A stretch of 64,000 nt of DNA, taken from Candidatus Poribacteria bacterium. Lineage in GTDB: Bacteria; Poribacteria; WGA-4E; WGA-3G. Positions 10,211 through 21,436 of the stretch are shown one piece after another. The translations under genes were made by a program, and so were the position numbers. Position 1 is the stretch's first letter. The number at the start of each line of letters is the position of its first letter. The notes beneath the pieces are model-generated. The model saw only the letters and a program-made list of their open reading frames with translations. It did not search any database and had not been told where the DNA came from. The stretch is taken from NCBI GenBank assembly GCA_965197475.1, contig CBDANF010000003.1:544001-608000 (forward strand), read 5' to 3'.

Positions 10211-10993
10211 ATATATACAAGAAATGGTATTATTACCGTTCTTCTCCTTGTTGTCCTAAGTCTCAGTGCCAATGCGTGGGCATTAAACGGCGATAAGGCA
10301 CTTATGTTATATCTCCCGTTTGACGAAGGAAACGGCGATAAATCCATGGATGCAAGCGGGAATGACATTGAAGCCACACTTCACGGTGCAACCTGGTCGA
10401 AAGATGGCAAAATTAGTGGGTGCATTCATTTGGAAAATTCAGAAAATTTTGTAGAAATTGCGTCAGTGCCTGAACTGGATATTACTGATGAACTGACAAT
10501 TCAGACATGGTTTTTCCCAGAACAAGACCAAGGTGACTCTAACCTGATGGGACGTAGGACATCTGGCAACACGGGCGGGTATTGTCTTCAGTGGAGTTCA
10601 GACACTACCGGTGCCCCGCAAATTGAGACATGGATGAATGTTGGAGGTGGATGGCAAGGGTCCCGAGGAAAACAAACTATCAAACCATCACTAAACGAAT
10701 GGTATCACGTATCTTCTACCTTTGATGGTGATATGATCCGTCAATATATTGATGGTGAGTTAGATGTTGAATACACACCACCAGCCGGTAAAATCAACAG
10801 CGTTGATGTTGTCTTCCGTATCGGCAAATCCCAAACGGGACTCGCTGGCACAGTATGCCTTGTTGACGAGGTAGCTATTTACAACCGCGCGCTCTCCGAA
10901 GACGAAATCAATCAGGATATGAACAAAGGTGTGGCTTATGCTGTGTCCCCTGGTGGCAAACTTGCTACTACATGGGCAAATCTTAAAAAGTAA
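10211..10993 (+). CDS. Secreted LamG/concanavalin-A-like domain protein; apparent start codon is ATA
   Basis: YLPFDEGNGD, WYHVSSTFDG, DEVAIYNRALS, C-terminal GKLATTWANLKK; an in-frame signal peptide starts at ATA 10211 after AAGGA. Confidence 0.8.
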   Translation: MYTRNGIITVLLLVVLSLSANAWALNGDKALMLYLPFDEGNGDKSMDASGNDIEATLHGATWSKDGKISGCIHLENSENFVEIASVPELDITDELTIQTWFFPEQDQGDSNLMGRRTSGNTGGYCLQWSSDTTGAPQIETWMNVGGGWQGSRGKQTIKPSLNEWYHVSSTFDGDMIRQYIDGELDVEYTPPAGKINSVDVVFRIGKSQTGLAGTVCLVDEVAIYNRALSEDEINQDMNKGVAYAVSPGGKLATTWANLKK

Positions 10994-11143
10994 GCCAGAT
11001 ATCTGTTATTCAGGATGTTTTTTCCAATTTTCTCGTAGGGGCGGGCATTCTGTCTCGCCCCTTTGCCTCATCTGTTATCGGTCTAACCATTGTTGTCACC
11101 CATCTTCTATAACCTACAATACCTCTTCCAAGGAGGATTCAAT

Positions 11144-11932
11144 ATGAAAACTCAGAAACTTATCATTCTAAGCATTTTGCTGAGCTTATTTCTCAGCCAA
11201 GTTGGGTTTGCTGCTGGCGGAAAGGGCAATGTGGAACAACTTGGGGAGAAGTTATACGTTTGGCATTTCGACGAAGGCTTTGGAAAAGAGACCAAAGATG
11301 CCACTGCTGGGTTAGTCGGCAGATTCAACGGTGATGTTGAGTGGACAGAGGGTATCATCGGCAAAGCCGTGCAAATGTCTGGAGAGGCAGGGAAACCGGC
11401 TTTCATTGAAGTAGCCCAATCCGATGAGATCGATATTGATGAAGCCATTACAATGATGGCGTGGATTTACCCTGATGAACTTCCAGTAGGTCTTCAGGAA
11501 AACAAATTCACAATCTTCTACAAAAACACCTACTATCTACAAATTGAACCGGGAGTAGGTCAACTCGCTTACTACTTCTACAACACAGATAATCCCGGTT
11601 ACCATATTTCCTTTGGCAGCGTGAAAGCGAAAGAATGGTCGCATGTCGCACTTGTGTGAGACGGAACAGAAGCGCGTTATTATATTAACGGTGAACATGA
11701 TGGCAAGGTCATTCCACAAAAGGGGCCGGGCAGAAGTACGCCGATTAAGACGTTGCGATTTGGGGGTGAAAATAATGCGTGCTGTCCTCGCTTCTTTCAA
11801 GGCAGCATGGATGATCTGATGTTAGCCAACTATCCGCTCTCTGAAGCAGACATCCAGAGAATCGTTAACGATACGCTTGCAGTTTCCGCTCGCGGTAAAT
11901 TGGCGACAACATGGGCAAACCTCAAGATGTGA
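11144..11932 (+). pseudogene. LamG domain protein with in-frame TGA at 11657
   Basis: WSHVALV*DGTEARYYINGE (family pattern VWDG); frame stays open to ...RGKLATTWANLKM. Confidence 0.85.
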
Positions 11933-12383
11933 CAGAGATATCTGTTATTTATCTAAGCGTGGTTCTCCACCTGAAAAACCTGGAACCAGCAGCAACTGTA
12001 ACTGTGATTGGACAATTTTATTTTGATATAGAAGATTATGTACTGCCATCGGAAATTTAGACCACTGTCTAAACCAAGATTGTGATATAATAACAATCTG
12101 ATTGAAAGGAGGAACCGATGGCAAAACGAAGAAGATTCACTCCCGAATTTAAGGCTGAAGTTGTAATTGAGGCACTGAGCGGTCAAAGTTCACAAGCGGA
12201 GTTGTATCGCAAACATAACCTCAGTGATGTTCAACTCTCAAAGTGGAAACGCCAATTCCTTGAAAACGCGGCGACCCTCTTTGAACCTGCTGATAAGCAG
12301 ACGAATGCGTCTCAACAGCGGATTTCTCAACTTGAGCAACTCGTTGGCAGGTTGACCCTTGCCTTGGACATTCAAAAAAAAGC

Positions 12384-13369
12384 GGCTCATGTAAAAAGTA
12401 AGTGCTATTTTTTCAAAGTTATGTTAGAGTGTTACCTATGGACTTTCCAATACAATCTCTCCTGGATGAAGAAAAAACTCAAGCGTGGGTGTTGGATCAT
12501 TTCCACCTTCAAGGGCTGTGTTGCCCAAAATGCCAAGCGAGCGTGGCGGAGGCACGCAAGTTCCGTCCGACTGAAACAAGTGGTCTACAAGTGTATCGCT
12601 GCAAACACTGTGAGAGCATCTACAACCTCTATACCGGGACGGTCTTTGCTGGCACGCAGTTTCGTCCCTCACAGGTCGTTCTGCTTTTGCGCGGTGTCTG
12701 TCAAGGTGTTTCAAGTGCACAACTCGGGTGTGAACTGGGTCTAAGTCGTCAAACCGTTCTTTCTATAAGACGTAAACTCCAAACTTCGGCAGAGCAGATA
12801 CAACCCGAAGCTGCTTTACCTGATGCTGAAGTCGAAACAGATGAGATGTTTCAAAACGCCGGTGAAAAAGGCGATAAGCACGTTGATGCTTCGGATCCGC
12901 CGCGTCGGCGTGGCAATAAACGCAGGGGACATGGGACTTATGACAATGATCGTCCGCCTATTGTTGGGACGAAAGGTCGCGAAAGCGGTCTCCTGAGATT
13001 ACGTGTTGTGCGGCACACCGATTCTGCGACGCTTTCAACACACGTTCATCAGTGGACGTTGCCGACTTCAACGGTGTATACGGATGGTTGGCGTGGCTAT
13101 AACCGTATTCAGCGCGCCCGTGAGATTGTTCTCCATAAGGATGGCGAGTGGGCAAGAGACGCAGACGGTGATGGTCTTTACGAGATCCATACAAGGACGA
13201 TTGAAGGTGCCTGGACGACGCTGCGAAACTTCCTTCGTCCCTTTCGTGGCGTTCATAAAAAGTTCCTCGCCGGTTACGTCGCAATCTGTGAGTTCGTCAT
13301 GAATCTAAAAGCTGTCAGTGTTGATTTTATAGCAAAACTCGTCAAAAGCACTTACTCTTGACATGAGCG
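12384..13369 (+). mobile_element. IS1595-family element (type B), transposase 12438-13361
   Basis: TIR GGCTCATGTAAAAAGTAAGTGCT / AGCACTTACTCTTGACATGAGCG; 8-bp target duplication AAAAAAGC; ETDEMF, YTDGW, TIEGAW. Confidence 0.92.
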
Positions 13370-14232
13370 AAAAAAGCCTCAACTTGGCTGAGTTGAATCC
13401 ATCTGAAAAACGAGAAATCGTAGAAACTTTGCGAACCGATTACTCTGTGCGACAGATTTGCGGGACACTTAGTTTCAATCGGAGCAGTCTCTATTATCAA
13501 CCGAAAAAGGACCCTTGTGAAGAGGTGCTCCGACAGGAAATAGAAAAGTTGTCTGTGCGTTATCCGAAATATGGTTATAGGCGTATCACAGAGTTGCTGC
13601 TACGTATGGGATACACCGTCGGATATCAACGTGTCGCACGAGTAATGAAATCAGCTAATCTGTTGGTCGCTGTCAAACGCTCCTGTCAAACTACTAAATC
13701 CCTTGACTGTCCGTGTCAATGGGGCAACCAACTTGATAACCTTGACATTTGTCGGCGGAATCAGGTCTGGGTTGCGGATGTTACATATATCCGGCTCAAA
13801 GGACACTTCGTCTATGTTTCAGTTCTAATGGATGTATTTACTCGAATGATAAGAGGTTGGCAACTGAGCCGACATTTGACACAACCTCTGACATTGAGAC
13901 CATTGCAGCAGGCAGGACGACAAAGTGTTCCAGAGATCCATCATAGTGATCAGGGAGTTCAGTATCTTTCAAGAAACTATATTTCCACTCTCACCGACTA
14001 TGGGATTGAGATTTCGTTAGCTCATAGAGGGTGTCTTTGGGAAAACGGTTATGCGGAACGGCTTATCCGAACTCTCAAGAAGGAAGAGGTCCACCTGAAT
14101 GACTATGATGATATAACGGAGGCTAAAACTCACATCGGGCATTTTATTGAACAAGTGTCCAACCAGAAACGACCTCACTCAGCGTTAGACTATTTGACAC
14201 CTATTGAATTTGAGAAAGAACACTTGTCTTAA
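13370..14232 (+). pseudogene. IS3 orfB integrase core, separated from orfA
   Basis: YGYRRI, DDE motifs, RPHSALDYLTP. Confidence 0.88.
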
Positions 14233-14416
14233 CTTTACGAAATTCTGGTCTAAAAAATCGATGGCACTTCATTGATTATGCAATTTTAGATATACCATAT
14301 CACCGTGAACACCTGTGGGTTTTGTGTTGGTTATCTGTATCGTTATATTCCTTTTAGGTATATTCAAAACCCTATACCCACTGTAAGTGTAAATGAATTT
14401 GGTGTTATAGTTGTTT

Positions 14417-15401
14417 GGCTCATGTTATGAGTGAGTGCGTTGGACGAGTCGTGATATAAACTCAGTAGTAATAGATTTGAGATTAATAACAAATTCACAG
14501 ATAGCGATATATCCCGAAAGGAACTTTTTATGAACACCGCGAAATGGGCGGAGAAAGTTACGAACCGTTGTCCACACACCTTCAATCGTGTTGATGTGGA
14601 TTTCAAAAATACCATCCGCATCGTCATCCCTCGCCCATTCGCCATCACCATGACACACGCTCGCATGAGAACGATCAATACGATTATAGCCTCGCCATCC
14701 ATCTGTATATACAGTAGCAGTGGGGAGCGTGAACTGATGCACGTGTGATGAGAGTGTAGCACTATCGGTATGATGTGCCACACGCAATCGGACACGCTTA
14801 CTTTTGCGCCCGATCGTGCCGACTATAGGTGGACGATCATTCGCATAAGTGCCATGACCTCTGCGTTTATTACCACGCCGACGCGGTGGATCCTTCAGGT
14901 CTTTATGCGGTTCTCCTTTTTCACCTGCGTTTTGAAACATCTCATCTGTTTCTGTTGCAGTGTCCGGCAAAGCTACCTCAGGTTGCATCATCTCGGCAGA
15001 TGCCTGAAGCACACGCCGTATGGAAAGCACCGCTTGACGACTGATATTGAGTTCGCGTGCCAATTGAGCGGAAGAAAAACCTTTGCAAACACCTTGCAAA
15101 AGCAGAACTACCTGTGAAGGACGATACTGTTTTTGAGCAAACACTGTCCCACTATAGAGGTTATATACACCCTTACATACTTTACAGCGGTAAACCTTTA
15201 TGCGACTTGTTTTTGTTGTTCTAAAATAGCGTGCCTCCGCCACGCTCACATCGCAATGTGGACAGTGTAAACCCTGGGGATGGAAATGGTTTAGCAACCA
15301 TTCCGCCGCGCGTTCGTCATCAATTAAAGAAAGTATTGGAAAATCCATATGCTATACTATAGCAGAAAGAAAGAAAAAAGCACTTACTTTTTACATGAGC
15401 C
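14417..15401 (-). mobile_element. IS1595-family element (type B), transposase 14425-15348
   Basis: GGCTCATGT termini like those at 12384; paralogous transposase; flanks AGTTGTTT vs AGGATGTT do not match. Confidence 0.9.
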
Positions 15402-15605
15402 AGGATGTTTAATCTCATTGCCATACAATAGTCATGTTTAGAAATACTGAAACATTTCTTTTGGGAGGCAGCGTTTGTAGTCGCGCAATTCATTGCGCCT
15501 CTTACATACGTAGTAATGTGTTTGGAAACACATAGGAACAAATTGCATCAAAAATTATGAATCTATAATAAACAAATTTTTCAAACATTAAAAGAGGAAT
15601 GCAAT

Positions 15606-17059
15606 ATGACTCATTTTGATTTTACAAAACAAGCAATTTTCTTTTTTACACTTTTTGCCTTGTTTGGTTTCGGTGTCACATACCAAGGTGTCACTGATGA
15701 GGAAGCATCAACGCTGTCTGGACGTATTACCAATGCAGAAGGTGAACCGATTGTTGATGTGTCCGTAGTGCTTCTTTATGTCAAAAAAGATGAAAATGGA
15801 AGCGTATACCCGCTATATGACAGCAAACTGTACCCTTTCCTTGTCCAGGTACCTGCACTGTTTAACAGTGAAAAGGTGCCAAATGAACAGAAAATGCAAA
15901 AACTGCCACCATATTTAAAATCTAATACTAATTCAGATGGACGATTTGCTTTCACCAACATTGTCAAAGGGATGGGGCAATTAATGGTCTTACCTAACTT
16001 GCCATCGGGAAAGGATATACCAACCCCAAAACCAGGAGAAGGTAATTTTAGTTTCATCCCAGAAATTCAATTAATTCAGATCGGAAAAGTGTCATTTTTT
16101 CCACATCAATTCTCATTCTTCCCACCGGTTGGAGCTATAACATTTGTTATCAAACCGGGAACAAACATAGAAAACGTAGAAATCAGGGTCAGCATGGATA
16201 ACCCGCTGAGGATTCGAGGTAGAATTGTTTTTGAGAATGGTAAACCACTTTCTGACACTATCCTTCAAATTGACATAGGACAGCTCAATTTAGATGGAAC
16301 CAGTGATTATCCCTTCAGTTTTCCCGTGCCCATACAGACGGATGAAGATGGATATTTTGGGAGAAATGTTTTTAGTCCAGGAGTCTACGCGCTATCTATC
16401 AATCACCTTGGACTTTTCGCTATCTCTGAACCTTTTATACTGGACGGAGATCGACCGCATAAAGTTGTAGTTTTAACTCTTGACGGTAAGCCTGCCGAAC
16501 TCGCCGATTTACCACCTGAAAACGGGGAAACGGAACAAACATCCCATCTGTATGTTCCTAACGTTCCAGGGATGTGGATAATGAATCCTGCAAATGGACA
16601 CATTTACAAATGGATTACGTGTAATACCAGAGAGAATGCACAAAATCAAGCTTCTCTTGAAGAGGCATATCTCGTTACAATTACAAGTGAAGCAGAACAA
16701 ATATGGCTTGAAACTGTTTTTGGAGCAGGACCGTACTGGATTGGGTTGACCGATGTCCAAAAAGAGGGTGAATGGGTGTGGGACAGTGGGGAACCTTTCA
16801 AATATACGAACTGGAAAGAGAGTGATGACGATTTTTCCAACGACGTCCTGGTATTCTTAAGATCTTCGGAGTCAAAGGTAATAGGCAAACACACGAAGAA
16901 GATAAAAATGATTACGCTATTATGTCCAGCGATGATGGGAATAGGGCAGTTATAAAATGGAAGACAGTTGATTTAAAATACTCCCAACGAGGTTCGGGAC
17001 GAATGGCAGTTATTGAGAAGGACGCAGCGCAACCCGAAATATTGCAGGAGAAAAAATAA
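15606..17059 (+). pseudogene. Secreted protein with carboxypeptidase-regulatory-like repeats and C-type lectin domain, probably frameshifted near 16860
   Basis: LSGRITNAEGEP, NGHIYK..YLVTITSEAEQ..YWIGLTD..EGEWVW; lectin tail (NDYAIM...MAVIEK) continues in another frame to TAA 17059. Confidence 0.7.
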
Positions 17060-17064
17060 TGATT

Positions 17065-17190
17065 TATAGTGAATTATGAAATAAATAAACAGATTGCGAC
17101 CTTACATGCACGGGAATCCCACCCTCGGTAGGCGAGGTTTCCTAACCTCGCCTGTTCAGAGTGTCTTGTTAATTCTAAAATCTACCAAAA
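17065..17190. repeat. Degenerate MITE/REP-like element
   Basis: GTAGGCGAGGTTTCCTAACCTCGCCT hairpin at ~17128 inside AT-rich imperfect inverted ends. Confidence 0.45.
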
Positions 17191-17518
17191 TATGATGCAA
17201 AGCCCTCCATTGAATCTACCTATTGATTTGTGAAGGTCTCTTTTTTGTATGACAAAATGAGTTTAAAGTTCCACTCTGGAAGGAATTTCGAAAACTTAAT
17301 CACCTATCTTTCCTTGAACTTGCACGCCTTGATGTTGATAATTCAGATACACAATTTGACAACAAAAACCTTAATCTGTTAAAATAGTAGATACCGCAGC
17401 AAATAGATATTTTTTCTCGCAACTTTTCTTAATGCCGTTGTATTAACTTCAAACCCTTACTCAACGTAAATCTATGGTAACTGCTTGACAGTGACCATAC
17501 CGACACCGCAGTGTGCTT

Positions 17519-17830
17519 GCCGCGTTTAAAAAACCAGTATGAAAAAAGGCCCCTTGTATTTATATTATTGTTTATTGGCATAGTTTTGACGCATGCACAA
17601 ACACCGGACTGTGCAATTTCTTTCGATTGTCCTGATGATATACCGCCTGCAATGTTTCAGTTCAACCGTGAACTAATAGCACTCATATCAGCTGCTGAAC
17701 CCTTCAACATAGTGAAAATGTATACATCCACACATACGACGTAGAAGCAGGTGTTTATGACAAAATTAGTTCAATATTATAATGAAAAGATGAGGCAGAG
17801 TTCGATTCAGGACAAGACATTCAATTCAAT
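17519..17830 (+). pseudogene. Decayed fragment resembling the N-terminus of the 19042 gene
   Basis: Signal peptide plus ISFD...FQFNRELIA vs MSFN...FDLDRRVIA; broken by frameshifts. Confidence 0.35.
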
Positions 17831-17910
17831 CTTATGTTTTTTATAGCTTTTAGGACATCTGTTCTAAATGGCGTTGGACATGCAACTCTAAACGAATAAT
17901 GAGGTGAATT

Positions 17911-19020
17911 GTGGCAATGAAAAGAAACAAAAGCAAAATATCTTTTATCATCTCTTTTGGGATACATATCATTTTGATGTTAGTTTTATCACCATTTATC
18001 GTGAAACATTTCAACGAAACGGATGACGATCTCTCTCTTGCCATTTTTAGGGTAGGGTCTACTGAGCAGGTGAGACACCGTGTAATGCGCCAACACAAGT
18101 CAGTACAACCCGAACGCAGTACCGATAGCGGATCGCCCTCCCTTTCGCTTGCTGCGCCAAAGCACGCCCCAGAGATGAACCCGCCCAAAGCCTCTATTTT
18201 TGATGATGTGGCACCAGAGATTGTCACTTCTGCGGATATTCCGCAAACAGATGCTTATACACTACCAAATGCGAGCTTTGGCAAAGATGCTGAAGCAGCG
18301 GGACCGATTGTCATTCCAGAGTACCGGGGTGCTGGCGGTAGAGTGCGCGGCCCCGGTCGTGGTAGGGGCACGGGTAGTGGCGGCGGTATGGGTAAAGGTT
18401 TGTCACACATAACCGGAATAGATGACCTCCCTTCAATTGGTTCAGAAAAAAGCAGCATGGGACTCGGTATTTTTGATACTGACGTTAAGCCTGGACACGG
18501 ATTGATCGGTCAGGTCTATATTCTTGGTGTCCCAATTTATAAGATACCTATTTTCGAACGATTAGATCCCGTTTACACTTTTGCAACAGCAAAATTGGAT
18601 GTCGCACCAAGAAATTATACTGAAGGGTTTCCCACACCGCAGAAGCAGAATGTCGTTGAGAATTTCGCAATTCACTTCCGCGGAAAATTGGCAGTAGATA
18701 CGCCTGGAACATATATGTTTGAGCTCTACTCTGATGATGGCGCAAAGTTATATATCAACGGAAAATTAGTTGTTGATAACGATGGCACTCATGGACCACA
18801 AAGTAGAAGGACCCATCTGACACTAACAGCTGGATTTCATCCTGTTGAAATACATTATTTCCAGGGCCCACGATACCAAATTGCGCTACAATGGTATTAT
18901 AAACCGCCAAACCGCCCAAGACAGATTGTTCCACCTGAAGTTATCTTCCATCCCGCTAAACCCGATGTTCCAGATGCGTTGAAAAAGTTAAAGCAACAAC
19001 TGAACAAGATGGATAGATAA
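17911..19020 (+). CDS. Membrane-anchored protein with Gly-rich linker and PA14 domain
   Basis: SFIISFGIH anchor; ENFAIHFRG, YSDDGAKLYING..VDNDGTH, GFHPVEIHYFQ. Confidence 0.85.
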   Translation: MAMKRNKSKISFIISFGIHIILMLVLSPFIVKHFNETDDDLSLAIFRVGSTEQVRHRVMRQHKSVQPERSTDSGSPSLSLAAPKHAPEMNPPKASIFDDVAPEIVTSADIPQTDAYTLPNASFGKDAEAAGPIVIPEYRGAGGRVRGPGRGRGTGSGGGMGKGLSHITGIDDLPSIGSEKSSMGLGIFDTDVKPGHGLIGQVYILGVPIYKIPIFERLDPVYTFATAKLDVAPRNYTEGFPTPQKQNVVENFAIHFRGKLAVDTPGTYMFELYSDDGAKLYINGKLVVDNDGTHGPQSRRTHLTLTAGFHPVEIHYFQGPRYQIALQWYYKPPNRPRQIVPPEVIFHPAKPDVPDALKKLKQQLNKMDR

Positions 19021-19041
19021 AAAGATACGTAGGGATTTTGA

Positions 19042-21429
19042 ATGAGATATGTTGTCGTGATAGTGTGTCTGCTGACTCTCAGCACCACAGCAAACGTACA
19101 AACGAATAGCGGAAAAATGTCTTTCAATTGGCACAATGCACCGTCAGCACAATTCAAATTTGATTTGGATCGCCGCGTCATCGCACAGGTAATGGAAAAT
19201 CCGAATGCGGAGATCGCTTCTTTGTTTCGCACGGTGGATAACTTATATTTGCGCAATTATCATAGAAGGGCTGTCAATTACAAGCAGATGCTTCCGTATT
19301 ATAGAGATCAGTTGACAGCACGCGGATGGAATACCTTTCAAAAAGGGAACAGATTTCATCTTTTCACCCTTAGGGAACAAGAGTTTGTTATCGGCATATT
19401 TGTTATCGTCAACAGTGGAGAGGGTGTGTATCTGATAAACATAATAGGTAAGATTCCGTCGAAACAAGTTGGCGACCTATTGAGAAATCTTAATCAACTC
19501 GGAATTGACATGCCGGAATTGATAAACCTTGGAAGGTTGCCTGATTCGGCTGTCGCGCCACGACCTAAATCTGCTGAGTCAACATGCAACCCATCGGTTA
19601 AAGAGACCTTAATTCCAAAAAGACCTGTCCCTCAGAAAAAGAGTCTTCAGTCTTCTGTTGTGGATACACCAAAATCTTTGGTGGCATCATCGTGGCAGTT
19701 CAAAGGCATTCAAATTCATGATTTCATAATTCAGGATACGCAAAATGCTGAAAGAACTGAAATCTTGAAGTTTCTTGAAAATGGATCGGGGGATCTGGAA
19801 ACTGTGTTACCTATTATCATCAAATCGCTTCGTAATCACAGAAAGATATCTGTCCGAATCACGGAGGAAAAAGGAAAAAGTATCGCGATCCTTACCGTTG
19901 AGAAACGTCAAAGATCAAAATCGTTCTTAGTGCTTAAGTCTCTAACGATAACGCAGTCGGGGACAAACCAAAAAGTAAAAGCAAAATCTTCAAACCTTGA
20001 AATAGATGAGTTGTTTCCACATGCGGCGACACGTTTCAGAGCAGAAGATGCACCTATTCACGAAATACGTATCCGAGGAAATCAGCAAATTTCAGAGGAA
20101 CGTATTCGCCAGACGCTTGAGAACGGTTCTGAGAATATTGAACAGGCACTAAAAACCTTGTTTAAAGTAATGCCTTATTTTAAAGAGATACGTCTACAGG
20201 TTAATGAAGAGGATTTTAGTCGTGTTGCGACGATTACTGTTGTTGAAAAACGTCTCTCTTCAAACGCTTATCTTGGTCTCCGTCCGCCTTTATTTTTGGG
20301 GTTTAACCGTGTTACCGATTGGGAAATCGGCACCGGCTTTCAGATGGGAAAACCGATCGACGTTGGGCCTTTGTGGATGTGGTATGTGCAGGATTCGATG
20401 AACACGCACACCTCTAACCTCTTTGGGAGGATCAGTTACGCTTTTGGAAATCCACATTTTCACTACCGTTTGGGCGGAAGAGCAAACTGGGGTAAACCAT
20501 ATATCTGGAATCTCGGACTGACAGCACAACTACATAGACAATCGGATGCGGCAGCTCCTGAACTTTTTCCTAACTATAAGCAGGGTATATCTGTCTTTCA
20601 AAGAGTCTTAGGTTATCCCGACCTTCAGAATTACTATTTGAAACAGGGTGTTGAAGTAGAATTGCAATGGAGTCCGATAATGCCGACCCACTCTTTCAAA
20701 TTGGGAATACTTGCAGAATCACACAAAAGCCTTGAAAAAAGCACAGATTGGAACACGATAAATTGGGTTGTAAAAGATTTGGAAGCCAGAATAAACCCTT
20801 CAATAGACTCTGGTCGGATGCGAAGTCTTACTTTCCAGTACGATTTTAATACACGAACAGATTTTCTTGGTTGGCATAATACACTCTTCGTTGAACATAG
20901 CAACACTGTTATAGGCTCCGATTTTGATTTTACAAGGGCACAATTGCATTTTCGGTATGCCTTTTCGTTAGACAACAACCGTGTTCGCACGCGGTTGCTC
21001 TTCGGTTTTGCTGACGCAACTTTACCGATTCAAAGACAATTTGCAATTACAGGTTTAGGTGGTTTGAGAGGTTATCCGTTTTATGTTCCCGCAAACGAAA
21101 CTGAAAAGGAAGCATCCACTAAGTCGTGGCTTAGCTACTCACAATACGCATTTATGGGGGATCGCGGGTTTTTGCTTAACGTTGAATTTCATTACCATTT
21201 GGCAAACTTGTCTAATTGGAGTATTTTTAAACACACATATCTCGTCTTTTTCCTTGACGAAGGACAAGTATGGAATGTGTCAGACGAGACATTTTCATTT
21301 TACCCGAAAGCGGATGTCGGTATAGGTTTACAGTTTCAAGAAGGTGGTTCATTCAGAATCAATTTAGCAAAAACTTTAGATTCATGGCGAGGTTTCCAAA
21401 CCTCTTTTGCTTGGTATCACAGTTTTTAG
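19042..21429 (+). CDS. Outer-membrane protein with POTRA-like repeats and BamA/TamA-like beta-barrel
   Basis: IHEIRIRGNQQISEE POTRA motif, GGLRGY, FLDEGQVW, DVGIGL, terminal Phe. Confidence 0.7.
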   Translation: MRYVVVIVCLLTLSTTANVQTNSGKMSFNWHNAPSAQFKFDLDRRVIAQVMENPNAEIASLFRTVDNLYLRNYHRRAVNYKQMLPYYRDQLTARGWNTFQKGNRFHLFTLREQEFVIGIFVIVNSGEGVYLINIIGKIPSKQVGDLLRNLNQLGIDMPELINLGRLPDSAVAPRPKSAESTCNPSVKETLIPKRPVPQKKSLQSSVVDTPKSLVASSWQFKGIQIHDFIIQDTQNAERTEILKFLENGSGDLETVLPIIIKSLRNHRKISVRITEEKGKSIAILTVEKRQRSKSFLVLKSLTITQSGTNQKVKAKSSNLEIDELFPHAATRFRAEDAPIHEIRIRGNQQISEERIRQTLENGSENIEQALKTLFKVMPYFKEIRLQVNEEDFSRVATITVVEKRLSSNAYLGLRPPLFLGFNRVTDWEIGTGFQMGKPIDVGPLWMWYVQDSMNTHTSNLFGRISYAFGNPHFHYRLGGRANWGKPYIWNLGLTAQLHRQSDAAAPELFPNYKQGISVFQRVLGYPDLQNYYLKQGVEVELQWSPIMPTHSFKLGILAESHKSLEKSTDWNTINWVVKDLEARINPSIDSGRMRSLTFQYDFNTRTDFLGWHNTLFVEHSNTVIGSDFDFTRAQLHFRYAFSLDNNRVRTRLLFGFADATLPIQRQFAITGLGGLRGYPFYVPANETEKEASTKSWLSYSQYAFMGDRGFLLNVEFHYHLANLSNWSIFKHTYLVFFLDEGQVWNVSDETFSFYPKADVGIGLQFQEGGSFRINLAKTLDSWRGFQTSFAWYHSF

Positions 21430-21436
21430 GAAAAAT

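Larger units (their letters stand above)
12039..14271 (+). mobile_element. IS3-family element interrupted by IS1595
   Basis: TIR TGTACTGCCATCG..TTTAGACCA / TGGTCTAAA..CGATGGCACTTCA; orfA MAKRRRFTPEFK at 12118; orfB with WVADVTY, HHSDQGVQY, WENGYAER ending at 14232. Confidence 0.92.

Noticed and set aside
11657-11659. TGA recoding (Trp or selenocysteine)
   Set aside because: TGA is the normal stop of mutS and other genes here and Trp is TGG elsewhere; a point mutation is simpler.
12118-12744. 208-aa ORF as a real protein
   Set aside because: It is IS3 orfA reading through into the inserted IS1595 in a non-coding frame.
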